A stretch of 64,000 bases of DNA. It comes from Candidatus Freyarchaeum deiterrae. GTDB lineage: Archaea; Asgardarchaeota; Jordiarchaeia; Jordiarchaeales; Jordiarchaeaceae. The stretch is taken from the NCBI GenBank assembly GCA_037305845.1, contig CP147778.1:1856001-1920000 (forward strand), given 5' to 3'. Positions 10,877-19,984 of this stretch are shown here, piece after piece. Under the pieces are notes generated by a model. That model had not been told where the DNA came from, did no database searches, and saw only the letters and a list, made by a program, of their open reading frames with translations. Within the stretch, counting starts at the first letter, position 1; the number at the start of each line of letters is the position of its first letter. Both the position numbers and the translations under genes were made by a program.

Positions 10877-11791
10877 GTGAAAGAATTGCTGAGAGTCATT
10901 ATCCTGGGAACCTCAGGGGGAATTCCTACCGTTGAAAGAAATCTCCCAGCGATAGCTGTAAAGATAAGCAAGGAAATCATTCTGTTTGATTGTGCTGAGG
11001 GAACACAGAGACAGATGGAAAAGGCAAAGCTGAGTGTGGGCAGGATTAATAAAATTTTTGTTACACATCTTCATGGAGACCACATAATGGGAATTCCTGG
11101 AATACTGCAAACACTTTCACTTCAAAACAGAAAAACGCCTCTTCATATTTTCGGTCCGGAAGGTACTGGGGCTTTTATTAAAGCTATAAAAACTACCGTA
11201 AATTTTACTCTCACGTTTGACGTTTATATCAAAGAGATCTCTGAAGGAATAATATTTGAAGGGAGTGATTACTACATCAATTGTGTTAGAACCGAGCACA
11301 CCGATAACTCCTTTGCCTTCGCTTTCATTGAAAAAGATAGACCCGGGAAATTTTACCCAGAAAAGGCTAGCACTCTTCAGATACCAATGGGGCCGCTATG
11401 GAGAAAATTACAATACTGGCAAGCAGTCACACTACCCGACGGAAGAACAATAGAACCCGGTGAAGTGGCGGATCCTCCAAGACCAGGAAGAAAAATTGTG
11501 TATACAGGAGACACCGCTCCGTGTGATTCTGTTGTACAAATAAGCAAAGGCTCCACTCTCTTAATACATGAGAGTACTTTCGGCGATGACTTGGAAGAAA
11601 AGGCTGTGGAAACAAAGCATTCCACGGCAGCACAAGCTGCGAAGGTGGCTAAAGAGGCTGGCGTCGAAAAACTGGTTTTAACACATATAAGTTCAAGATA
11701 CCCAAACCCGAATGAATTGTATGAACAAGCCAAAAAAATTTTTGAAAACACTAAAGTTGCAAAGGATCTGATGGAGATAGTTTTTAATTAG
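10877..11791 (+). CDS. rnz: Ribonuclease Z
   Basis: THLHGDH, exosite GP motif, YTGDT, HESTF, LTHISSRY. Confidence 0.96.
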   Translation: MKELLRVIILGTSGGIPTVERNLPAIAVKISKEIILFDCAEGTQRQMEKAKLSVGRINKIFVTHLHGDHIMGIPGILQTLSLQNRKTPLHIFGPEGTGAFIKAIKTTVNFTLTFDVYIKEISEGIIFEGSDYYINCVRTEHTDNSFAFAFIEKDRPGKFYPEKASTLQIPMGPLWRKLQYWQAVTLPDGRTIEPGEVADPPRPGRKIVYTGDTAPCDSVVQISKGSTLLIHESTFGDDLEEKAVETKHSTAAQAAKVAKEAGVEKLVLTHISSRYPNPNELYEQAKKIFENTKVAKDLMEIVFN

Positions 11792-11898
11792 CGATACAGA
11801 AAAATATTATGAAAAATTTTGTTTATCAGCGATTTTAATAATACCTGCTGTCAGAAGTATCTTCTTAGTTTTATGCGGCTCACTAGGTCTTCTTCCTT

Positions 11899-12330
11899 TT
11901 AGCTGTCTATGGGAGGTTCTCGCTCTAGCGGTCTTCCCTCTACTGTTTTTGGGGAGAGCCAGTCAACTAATTCTTCTATGTTGCTGCTTCTGATACTTAT
12001 TTTTATAGAGCCCATCGGGGATTCTGCTTCTGGGTGGCTGAAGTGAATTTTACCCATGAAGGCGGCCTGCTTATGAAGGTAAAAAGTTACAGTGTCCCCG
12101 ATTACGCCTCTTCTTATGATTTTTCTTGCGGATTCAACTATGAGTTGATCTCTTAGGCGCTGGTATATTTTCGAAACCCCCTCCAGTCCTTGAGCTTTGC
12201 CGTGAAGAATATTTTGTCCATCTTTTTCTGAAAGTGAGTAGTCTATATCCACGATTGCTTTTAGGGCTTTTTCTACCTTCTCTCTACTCTCGGTGGGGTA
12301 TACGGGGGCTTCGATTTCTAGTTCTATCAT
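11899..12330 (-). CDS. UPF0201/COG1931 putative RNA-binding protein
   Basis: VYPTESREKV.KA, LHKQAAF.G, SPMGSI, WLSPKT. Confidence 0.85.
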   Translation of the reverse strand: MIELEIEAPVYPTESREKVEKALKAIVDIDYSLSEKDGQNILHGKAQGLEGVSKIYQRLRDQLIVESARKIIRRGVIGDTVTFYLHKQAAFMGKIHFSHPEAESPMGSIKISIRSSNIEELVDWLSPKTVEGRPLEREPPIDS

Positions 12331-12875
12331 TTTATTATCTTCCCCAGAATTGTTCGCATTTTTTCAATTAATTCATCCTCACATCCTTCGTTTACAATTA
12401 GGTAATCCGCTAGGGCCATTGCTGATCTGATTCCAAAATTTGTCTCTCTAGCGTCTCTTTCTTGAAAAGTTTTGATATCCAGTGAATCATCAGAGCGTTC
12501 ACGTTCGCATAGACGTTTGAAGCGTGTTTCGGGTGATGCCTGAATAGCAACTAAAGTGAAATCAGGATAATGCTTTTTGAATAATTCTATCTCCTCGAGG
12601 CTCCTGATCCCTTCAACCAAGACAATACGAGATTTTTCTTTTTCGATTTTGGGTAAGGTCCTATTTGCCACAGCTTGCGATCCTTCCTCTTCGCGTAAGC
12701 CCTTTGATACCTTGCCCAAATTTTCTGGTGTTTCCTCTAAACCTCTTAATTTTACTTCCTCCCGAACTACGTCCCCCATCGATACTACTGGTATACCTCT
12801 ATCTTTTGCTGCATTAACTGCCAGTGATTTGCCGGAGCCGGGCATGCCGACAAACGCTATGATTTTCTTCTTCAA
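12327..12875 (-). CDS. Archaeal dephospho-CoA kinase-like P-loop kinase (UPF0200)
   Basis: GMPGSGKS, SMGDVVREE, EGIRS, RDARE..FG. Confidence 0.82.
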   Translation of the reverse strand: MKKKIIAFVGMPGSGKSLAVNAAKDRGIPVVSMGDVVREEVKLRGLEETPENLGKVSKGLREEEGSQAVANRTLPKIEKEKSRIVLVEGIRSLEEIELFKKHYPDFTLVAIQASPETRFKRLCERERSDDSLDIKTFQERDARETNFGIRSAMALADYLIVNEGCEDELIEKMRTILGKIIK

Positions 12876-12959
12876 AACCTACACCCATTAGTCCGCAGAA
12901 AATAAATTTTTGGCAAGTTTTGGAGATCAAAAATAATTTGGATTGTTTATGTTTCTGTT

Positions 12960-14081
12960 TTAGGTGAACATTTTTGGTTTTTCTTTTGATTGTTTCTCGT
13001 TGAGTAGCTTAAGCGTTATCTCTATTATTTCTTGTGTTACACTGCCCTTATCTTGCAGAATTGCTTTGTGGAGAGCTGCTTTTAGAAGTTTTTCTTTAAG
13101 GTCTCTACCGGAGAAGCCTTCTGTGTTCATAACTATTTTTTTAATATCGGCTTTTACTGGTAATGGCATTTTCGATATGTAGAGTTTGAGGATTTGTTCC
13201 CGTTCTTCGGTACTAGGCAGTTTGAATTCGATCTCCTCTTCAAATCTGCTTTTTACAGCCTTATCTAAGGCGGTGGGGTTATTTGTGGCTCCAATGCATA
13301 CTACACCTAGGTTAGCGCTTAGTCCGTCCAATTCCCCTAGGAGTGCGTTGACTATCTCTGATACGTCACCTCTAATATTCTGAAAGCTACGGTCCAGTCC
13401 TATAGCATCGATTTCATCTAGGTATATAATGCTAGGCGTGTTGTCTGAGGCTATTTTGAAAATTTGGTGCACTCTTCTAGAGGCGTCTCCCACATTAGCT
13501 CCGATTAAATCAGTGGATTTAATCAAATAAAACGGTGAATTTGTTTCATTGGCTAGAGCCTGAGCCAGCATGGTTTTCCCCGTGCCCGGGGGACCATAGA
13601 ATAGAATGTTTTTTGGCGCCCATTCTCCGAAAGCCTCTGGGTTTTCTAAATACTTCTTGATTATTAGACACTTGTTTTTCGCTTCATTCTGTCCTATAAC
13701 ATCTGGGAAATGAACTTTCAGCCTTTTCTCCTCTGTTAATGGCTTCCTTTTCAGGATGAAACGGGTGGAAAGGTTTATTCTTCCCTGTTTTGGCTGCGCA
13801 TCAGTTACTTTAAAAGCAAAATCAGGGAAAACCAGTTGGTCGAACAGGTAGTCTCCTTTCTTAACATAAATTCCCGCCCATTGTTCTCGGGCGTAGGCTT
13901 GAAACAGTTCAATATCATCTGTTAGTAAGGCGATGGGGGAATCTTCTCCAGCGAGGCGAAAAGGATAACCTGATGGCTGGAGCTCCAAAACTGAAAGGGA
14001 TTGAATGCGGCTTTTCTTTTTTGCATGCTCCTCTCGTAAGGAGGTAGGCAGATGTATAATTTTCTCACTATTTTCTCTCAA
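12960..14081 (-). CDS. Archaeal AAA+ ATPase (COG1223-like)
   Basis: YAREQW N-domain, FGEWAPKNILFYGPPGTGKT, YLDEIDAI, SRFEEEIEF. Confidence 0.88.
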   Translation of the reverse strand: MRENSEKIIHLPTSLREEHAKKKSRIQSLSVLELQPSGYPFRLAGEDSPIALLTDDIELFQAYAREQWAGIYVKKGDYLFDQLVFPDFAFKVTDAQPKQGRINLSTRFILKRKPLTEEKRLKVHFPDVIGQNEAKNKCLIIKKYLENPEAFGEWAPKNILFYGPPGTGKTMLAQALANETNSPFYLIKSTDLIGANVGDASRRVHQIFKIASDNTPSIIYLDEIDAIGLDRSFQNIRGDVSEIVNALLGELDGLSANLGVVCIGATNNPTALDKAVKSRFEEEIEFKLPSTEEREQILKLYISKMPLPVKADIKKIVMNTEGFSGRDLKEKLLKAALHKAILQDKGSVTQEIIEITLKLLNEKQSKEKPKMFT

Positions 14082-14140
14082 AAATCTTTCACCCTACCGC
14101 TTGTGACATCTTTATAACCGTTTCAGAGTTCCTTTTAGAA

Positions 14141-15451
14141 TTATACCTCATTGAATTGCATAATTTTTAGATTTACGGGTTTCTTTGTAATGTTTTCCTG
14201 TCGCACACCTAAAATGTATTCCGCACCTTTTTCTTGGGATATGTCCACTAACCTCTGAGTTATTATGCCGTCAAGAATAATGGCTTTCACCGAGTTCATT
14301 TCTTTCAGACTCTCTGCCAGTGAAGATACTTCTATTTCTTTGATTAACTCGAAGTTCTCCCCCAAAAGTACAGCTTTATTAGAAGAGGGAATACCTGACA
14401 AATGGCTCAAAATTTGCTCAGGAAGTTTAGGTTTCGGAGGGGCTTCCACCTTTTTATATCTCTTTACCTCTTTTTCTCTTTCTTTTCCCTTTTCTTTTTC
14501 CTTCTCTTTTTCTTTTTCTCTTTCTTTTCCCTTTTCTTTTTCCTTCTCTTTTTCTTTTTCTCTTTCTTTTCCCTTTTCTTTTTCCTTCTCTTTTTCTCTT
14601 TCCCTTTCCTTCTTTTTAGGTTCTTCTGATTCTTCTTGTTCTATAGGCAGTTTATTTCTTAATGCTTTAACCACTTCTTTTTGGCTGAGCTCTTCGACTT
14701 CTCTGCCTGGAGGGGCACGAGCTATGTAAGCTATGTCCGCTATTTGTTGGAGTTCTTTTAGAATCAAGTCTCCTCCCCTATCTCCATCTAGAAATGCTGT
14801 AATTGATTTTTTCTTACTGAGCTCAGTTACAGTCTTTGGTACACTCGTACCTTCAACTGCTACCACGTTCTTATAACCACATCTCAAAAGATTAAGAACA
14901 TCAGCTCTTCCCTCTACAATTATTATGTCATCAGAGGCATCAATACTCGGTCCAGCAGGCAGCTCTTCAGGACCGTATTTCTCGATTTCAGCGACTCGAA
15001 CAGCGTCCATAACCTCATCAGTGATCTGTTGGCTTTCAGGTGACACGTCTTCGGACCATTTTCGAATAATATCCGCCGCTCTTTCTACAATCTTCTTCCT
15101 TTTAACCTCACGAACATCTTCGATTATCTCTAGAGTTGCATGAGCTGTACAGGGTCCGACTCTATCCACGGTTTCCAGCGCAGCAGCTAACATCGCTGTC
15201 TCCACTTTATCCAAACTTGAGGGAATTATCACCGTTCCAGTTGATTTACCCGCTTTTGATTCTATGGTCACTCTTATTCTGCCTATCCGACCCGTTCTCT
15301 GAAGCTCACGTAGATCAAGCTCAGCTCCCAATAAACCTTCAGTCTGTCCAAAAACAGCTCCAACCACATCTGGTTTTTCAACCACACCGTCTACATCTAC
15401 TTTAGCTTTTATAATATATTTTGTCGTGCTAAATTCATTCTTATTAACCAT
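14141..15451 (-). CDS. dnaG: Archaeal DnaG-like primase / exosome-associated protein
   Basis: [32 protein letters not shown] and DGDRGG. Confidence 0.95.
   Translation of the reverse strand: MVNKNEFSTTKYIIKAKVDVDGVVEKPDVVGAVFGQTEGLLGAELDLRELQRTGRIGRIRVTIESKAGKSTGTVIIPSSLDKVETAMLAAALETVDRVGPCTAHATLEIIEDVREVKRKKIVERAADIIRKWSEDVSPESQQITDEVMDAVRVAEIEKYGPEELPAGPSIDASDDIIIVEGRADVLNLLRCGYKNVVAVEGTSVPKTVTELSKKKSITAFLDGDRGGDLILKELQQIADIAYIARAPPGREVEELSQKEVVKALRNKLPIEQEESEEPKKKEREREKEKEKEKGKEREKEKEKEKEKGKEREKEKEKEKEKGKEREKEVKRYKKVEAPPKPKLPEQILSHLSGIPSSNKAVLLGENFELIKEIEVSSLAESLKEMNSVKAIILDGIITQRLVDISQEKGAEYILGVRQENITKKPVNLKIMQFNEV
14471..14596. repeat. Three perfect 42-bp tandem copies encoding a Lys/Glu linker in DnaG
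   Basis: Unit tttttctctttcttttcccttttctttttccttctctttttc at 14471, 14513 and 14555. Confidence 0.9.
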
Positions 15452-15626
15452 GTAAGCGTCACTTCCATTAAGTAAGTTAAGAAATGAAATGTGAAATGAA
15501 TGTAAGATTCAATTAATAATCCTGAATTTCAAAGCTCCTCAAATACCAATATGCATACACATACTGTTAACATTAACGATACTTTCGGGATAATTATGCT
15601 TTTCTCTTTTGAACTACGAAAAGGGT

Positions 15627-16040
15627 TTACCAGTCGATACTAACGTTTTTCCATGATTGGTTTTGGAGATTAAGATATGAAGAAGCTAACCCTTCAATAT
15701 CACAGGTGATTTTCGAGACTAAATTTTGGAATCTTCTTCTGAAACTCCGCGTTAAATCAACCTTTCGGCAATCTAAGTAACGAGAGAGACGCAAAGCCAA
15801 TACTCGTCCTTCACGGTCAAAGTCTGTTAAAATCAAGAAGTTTTCAAACTGCGCCAGCTCTTCTGCAACTTTTAAAAGATTTTTTCCAGACAGCCTAATA
15901 ATCTGCCCGCTAACTCCTAATGTTCGCAAACTTCTCTCATCTTTGAGACCCTCTACGACAATGGGGATACCGCTATCAGAGAATATCTTCAGCATGGAAA
16001 TTAACTGATCCAATTCGTCAAAGAAACTATTAATAAACAT
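15627..16040 (-). CDS. Small TOPRIM-domain protein (RNase M5/primase-like); start uncertain
   Basis: IVVEGLKDERSLRTLG, ILTDFDREG, DIEGL. Confidence 0.8.
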   Translation of the reverse strand: MFINSFFDELDQLISMLKIFSDSGIPIVVEGLKDERSLRTLGVSGQIIRLSGKNLLKVAEELAQFENFLILTDFDREGRVLALRLSRYLDCRKVDLTRSFRRRFQNLVSKITCDIEGLASSYLNLQNQSWKNVSIDW

Positions 16041-16165
16041 ACTCAACCATCCACGTGAACAAGGAAAAACTAATAATGGTAAACTCTCTAAGCACCAGAT
16101 ATAAGTGGAACAAAATAAATTTTTCTTATTTTTAAAGCAATCGGTACCATGTATAACAGAGATTA

Positions 16166-17296
16166 TCACCGTGTTACTATTGCCTTTTTTAAGGCTTCAA
16201 GAAGGTCGTGTGCTTCATTGTTTTCTTCAAAATGCCTCCTAACATTTTCCAATAGATTAATGAGCGCCTCCGCAGTGGCTTGCTTCAAATCCATGGGATG
16301 AAGATTACCACCAGCATAAGCTGATTTCAATTCGTCAAAACTCGTAAAGTCCACAGGCCCTCCGAATTTCTCCTTACGTTCCACATGAAGCTTAGAACCA
16401 TCTCTCGAAAGAAGGAGAAGCCTATTTATCTCGATTATCGGATTAAACTCCAACTGTTTCGGTGGGCAAAAAGCCGCTCCAATCTTCGCCCTTATATCCT
16501 CCGGCGTATCATGGATAAAAACAGCGGTCTGAGGCTTAGATTTCGACATCTTAGCCTCCATTAAAGCATCCTCATCCTCCTCCTCTCCCCCCTTTTTAAC
16601 ATCCATTCGTGATAAGCCCTGCAAACCAATCAGAAGAGGTGTATGAATAGCCACAGGCTTCCAATCCAAACCCAACTTGGGAGCCAACTCCCTAGCAAGT
16701 ACATGAGCCCTCCTCTGATCAGTTCCCCCCAAACACAACTTAAAACCAGAATACAAAATATCAGCAACCTGAATACAAGGATAAAGCGTTTTAGAATAAT
16801 CAGACTCCGCCTCATCCACCTTACGGCCCATAATACTCATAGCCCTCTTAACACGAGCAAGAGTAATATTCTTAGCAACATTAATCACCGTCCCCCAATA
16901 ATCCAAATCATCCATAAGATCCTCTGCTCTCTCAAACTGAACCCTCCCAGTATCTATACCCAGCGACTCCAAACAGTGCTCAATGTACCTCGCACACATG
17001 TGAATAGTATCCATGTCTCCACCAAACTTGTCATTAATCTTAGCATGCCAAGTTGCCTCGAGAACATGCACATCAGCATCAGCCAGAACCAAATCCTGAA
17101 GCTTCCAAGCCCAAACCACCCAACCTATATGAAATATTCTGGAACCATTAGGACAACTAAAGGCTTATCCAGAAGGCTCAACACCAATATAGGCTTTAGG
17201 ATGGCTTTCAACCTCAAACAAACTCTGCAAATCCTCAACCGTAACAACCTCATCCAAGCCACGCGAAACCATCTGAACCTTTTCCTCAGTATCCAT
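16166..17296 (-). CDS. tyrS: Tyrosine-tRNA ligase, spliced: complement(join(16166..17136,17167..17296)), 366 aa
   Basis: YIGVEPSG-L-FHIGW restored by removing a 30-nt BHB intron; YPCIQVADI, GGTDQRRAH, KMSKS; GGAGG upstream of ATG 17296. Confidence 0.93.
17137..17166 (-). other. 30-nt BHB intron in tyrS
   Basis: mRNA sense CTGG-AT^A-AGCC...GGTT-CCAG-AA^T; creates an in-frame TAA if unspliced. Confidence 0.9.
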
Positions 17297-17563
17297 CAGT
17301 AATTCCTCCAAATCAATATTTAATATAACCAAAACGCAAACATCATCAACAACAACGCACAATCAAATATCTGCAAAAAATAATAATAAAACCGTAATTA
17401 AAACTTTCCCAAAGTAAGTACAAACATCGAAAAATAGAAACCCAAAGTTAAACCCTCCACAAATATTCCAAAACAACGCATTTTTTTTCAATTCAATTAT
17501 AATTCAAAATTTCGTGGTGTTCAAATACCATTTTTTAAAGAAAATAGAATGAGATGATATAAA

Positions 17564-17905
17564 TTGGATCCATACTGGTTTATGTACGACCCCCTCACCC
17601 AAAGCCTGCTCAATATCATCTTCGGAATAGTCCTAATAGTCGGAATAGGTCTACTCGTCATGAACATAGTAAAACTGGCAACCTCTCACCAACGCATGGG
17701 ACCCACCATAGGTCTGATTCTAAGCTTACTCATCATCGGACTATCAGCCTCATGGCAATCCGTCCTACCCATAATCGCACAAACCATGGGAGGAGTGGTA
17801 CAATACCTCTCAATCTACCTCTACACACTCATCTACCAATGGATAGCACAACACACAACCACAACAACCGCCACAGCACTCCTACTACTACCACTACTAC
17901 TATAA
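17564..17905 (+). CDS. Small multi-pass membrane protein of unknown function
   Basis: 113-aa ORF with about 3-4 hydrophobic segments. Confidence 0.55.
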   Translation: MDPYWFMYDPLTQSLLNIIFGIVLIVGIGLLVMNIVKLATSHQRMGPTIGLILSLLIIGLSASWQSVLPIIAQTMGGVVQYLSIYLYTLIYQWIAQHTTTTTATALLLLPLLL

Positions 17906-17996
17906 TCAAAAACCAACGCAAAGCTAGCGATGGAAAATAACCGGTTCTCTATCCTAATAAAATAAAAAAGCGTTAAATTCATGAATATCCCAAAAG

Positions 17997-18064
17997 CCTA
18001 AAAAACACAAACAGAGCAAAGCAAAAAAACCACCAACAAACAGTAAATAAAAATAGTAAAATCA
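17997..18064. repeat. 68-bp imperfect direct repeat, copy 1
   Basis: cctaaaaaacacaaacaga.caaagcaaaaa...aacaaaca.taaataaaaa.agtaaaatca matches 19884-19951. Confidence 0.8.
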
Positions 18065-18439
18065 AATAATGCAACGAAAAACCCACACCATCCTCAAATA
18101 CACACCTCATTCTTTATCCCGCTCTTCCACAGAGAAAAAACCAAACAAAAGAGTATAAACCCCAGCTTGCATAATCCCCCAATTCACACAAGCTCTCCTT
18201 ACCCCCAACAAAAAAGAATCCGATAAAACAAAAAGAGAAAAGCCAATAACTAATAATTCAAACTTCCCATCCCTGTCACTATTATCGAACCCATCAACCA
18301 CCACAGAGAAATAAAAGAGACAAAAAACAATATATCAACCCGTTATACTTCTCCACATTCCCTCCCATCAAGCAAAACAAGACATAAAAAAATTTATAAG
18401 ACGCCTCATCGCCCTAAACAAAAGAGAGGCGGAAAAAGG

Positions 18440-19816
18440 ATGAAACTCCCAAAAGAAAATACAAACAATAAAAAGTCGAAAGCAGGGACACCACCCGCAC
18501 CACCGACATCACCCGCGGCAGGGACACCACCCGCACCACCGACACCCCTCGAAGGAAATCTAACCTTCGAAGCAAAGACACCCCCCGCAGCAACGCCAAC
18601 CCCCGAAGCAAAATCAATAATGGACGGTTATTCCGAAGAAGATAAAAAGTTAATAGAATTAATAATAGAAGTATATTCCCAAAATTTTATAGAAAAATTT
18701 CCTAAAAGAAAGAAGGAGGAGGAGGAGAGGGAGAAGAAGAAGTTAACGGAGGAGGAGAAGGAGGAGGCGAAGGGGAAGATCGAAACACTATTACTTATAT
18801 TGAGAGAGGAGGAGGAAGAGCAGGAGAAGAAGCAGAAGGAAAAGGAGGAGGAGAGGGAGAAAAAGAAGTTAACGAAGAAGCAGAAGGAGGAGGAGAAGCA
18901 GAAGGAGAAGGAGAAGGAGGAGGAAATGAAATCTCCACTGCGTGGACTTGCTTTGCTCTTTTTAGACTACGAAAAAGTCGAAAAGAAATATTTGCCCAAA
19001 CAAGAAAAAATAGAAGAAATAACGGGTAAAGGGGGACAAGAGGGGAAAGATCTCTATGAGTATATAAAAAATGAAATTTATGGAATCACAATTCATAAAC
19101 TAATATTAAAAATTTATGATCAGCGTCTCGAGAGAGTAACTGAAAGAAAGGAAAGAATCAATAAGAAATTGGACGAAATGGAAGACAAGAGTTACGGTTG
19201 GGTTGCTAAAAATTCCAAGAGATTATTTTGGATCGGTGTAGCTATTGTTTTTTCATCTATACTTATACCCTTAGGAGTTTGGATTTTATCCTCTTGGACA
19301 TTTTGGCAATTACTTAGTACTATTCCAGTATACGCACTAATTGCAACATCCACATCAACACCAGCAATATACACAACATTACCTGCAATAATCACATCAT
19401 TACCCTGGCAACAATTAAATAACACATCCCTAATCTCAGGAGGAATAGGCGGAACAGTAGGCCTAAGCACTATAATTACAACCTTGATTAAAGGAGCATT
19501 CCAAGAAATAAAGAGCGCCTCATTAGACAGAGTCCAAGTTACACTACTCCAAGATGCGTATCGTGACAAAATCAGGAAGATAACAATACAACTAGAACGA
19601 GATCTATACGATATAGTTGAAGAGAATCCGGCAAAGAAGAAAACGGAAGAGGAGAAAAACAATCAATGGAAGTATTTCTTTGATGTGGAAAAAAAATTTT
19701 ATCAAGATGAAGCTCAAATATATGAAGAATTAGCAAACGATCTACAAAAATACGTCGAAGGCATTATAAAAACCGAAAAGAGTAACAACAAAGATAGTAA
19801 CAACCAAAAAGAGTAG
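18440..19816 (+). CDS. Hypothetical membrane protein with Pro/Thr and Glu/Lys low-complexity repeats
   Basis: 458-aa ORF, AGTPPAPPT x2, KEEEREKKKLT x2, 2-3 TM segments; GAGGCGG upstream. Confidence 0.6.
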   Translation: MKLPKENTNNKKSKAGTPPAPPTSPAAGTPPAPPTPLEGNLTFEAKTPPAATPTPEAKSIMDGYSEEDKKLIELIIEVYSQNFIEKFPKRKKEEEEREKKKLTEEEKEEAKGKIETLLLILREEEEEQEKKQKEKEEEREKKKLTKKQKEEEKQKEKEKEEEMKSPLRGLALLFLDYEKVEKKYLPKQEKIEEITGKGGQEGKDLYEYIKNEIYGITIHKLILKIYDQRLERVTERKERINKKLDEMEDKSYGWVAKNSKRLFWIGVAIVFSSILIPLGVWILSSWTFWQLLSTIPVYALIATSTSTPAIYTTLPAIITSLPWQQLNNTSLISGGIGGTVGLSTIITTLIKGAFQEIKSASLDRVQVTLLQDAYRDKIRKITIQLERDLYDIVEENPAKKKTEEEKNNQWKYFFDVEKKFYQDEAQIYEELANDLQKYVEGIIKTEKSNNKDSNNQKE

Positions 19817-19883
19817 TAACAACGCAAATAATAGCAAAAAAGAGAACAGACAGAGAAACAAAATACACGCTCAACAACCAAAC

Positions 19884-19951
19884 CCTAAAAAACACAAACA
19901 GAACAAAGCAAAAACACCAACAACAAACAATAAATAAAAACAGTAAAATCA
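19884..19951. repeat. 68-bp imperfect direct repeat, copy 2 (T-rich on minus strand, just downstream of ahcY)
   Basis: Matches 17997-18064. Confidence 0.8.
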
Positions 19952-19984
19952 TGAAACACTGAAACCAAAGAAAAAGGGTTAGGC

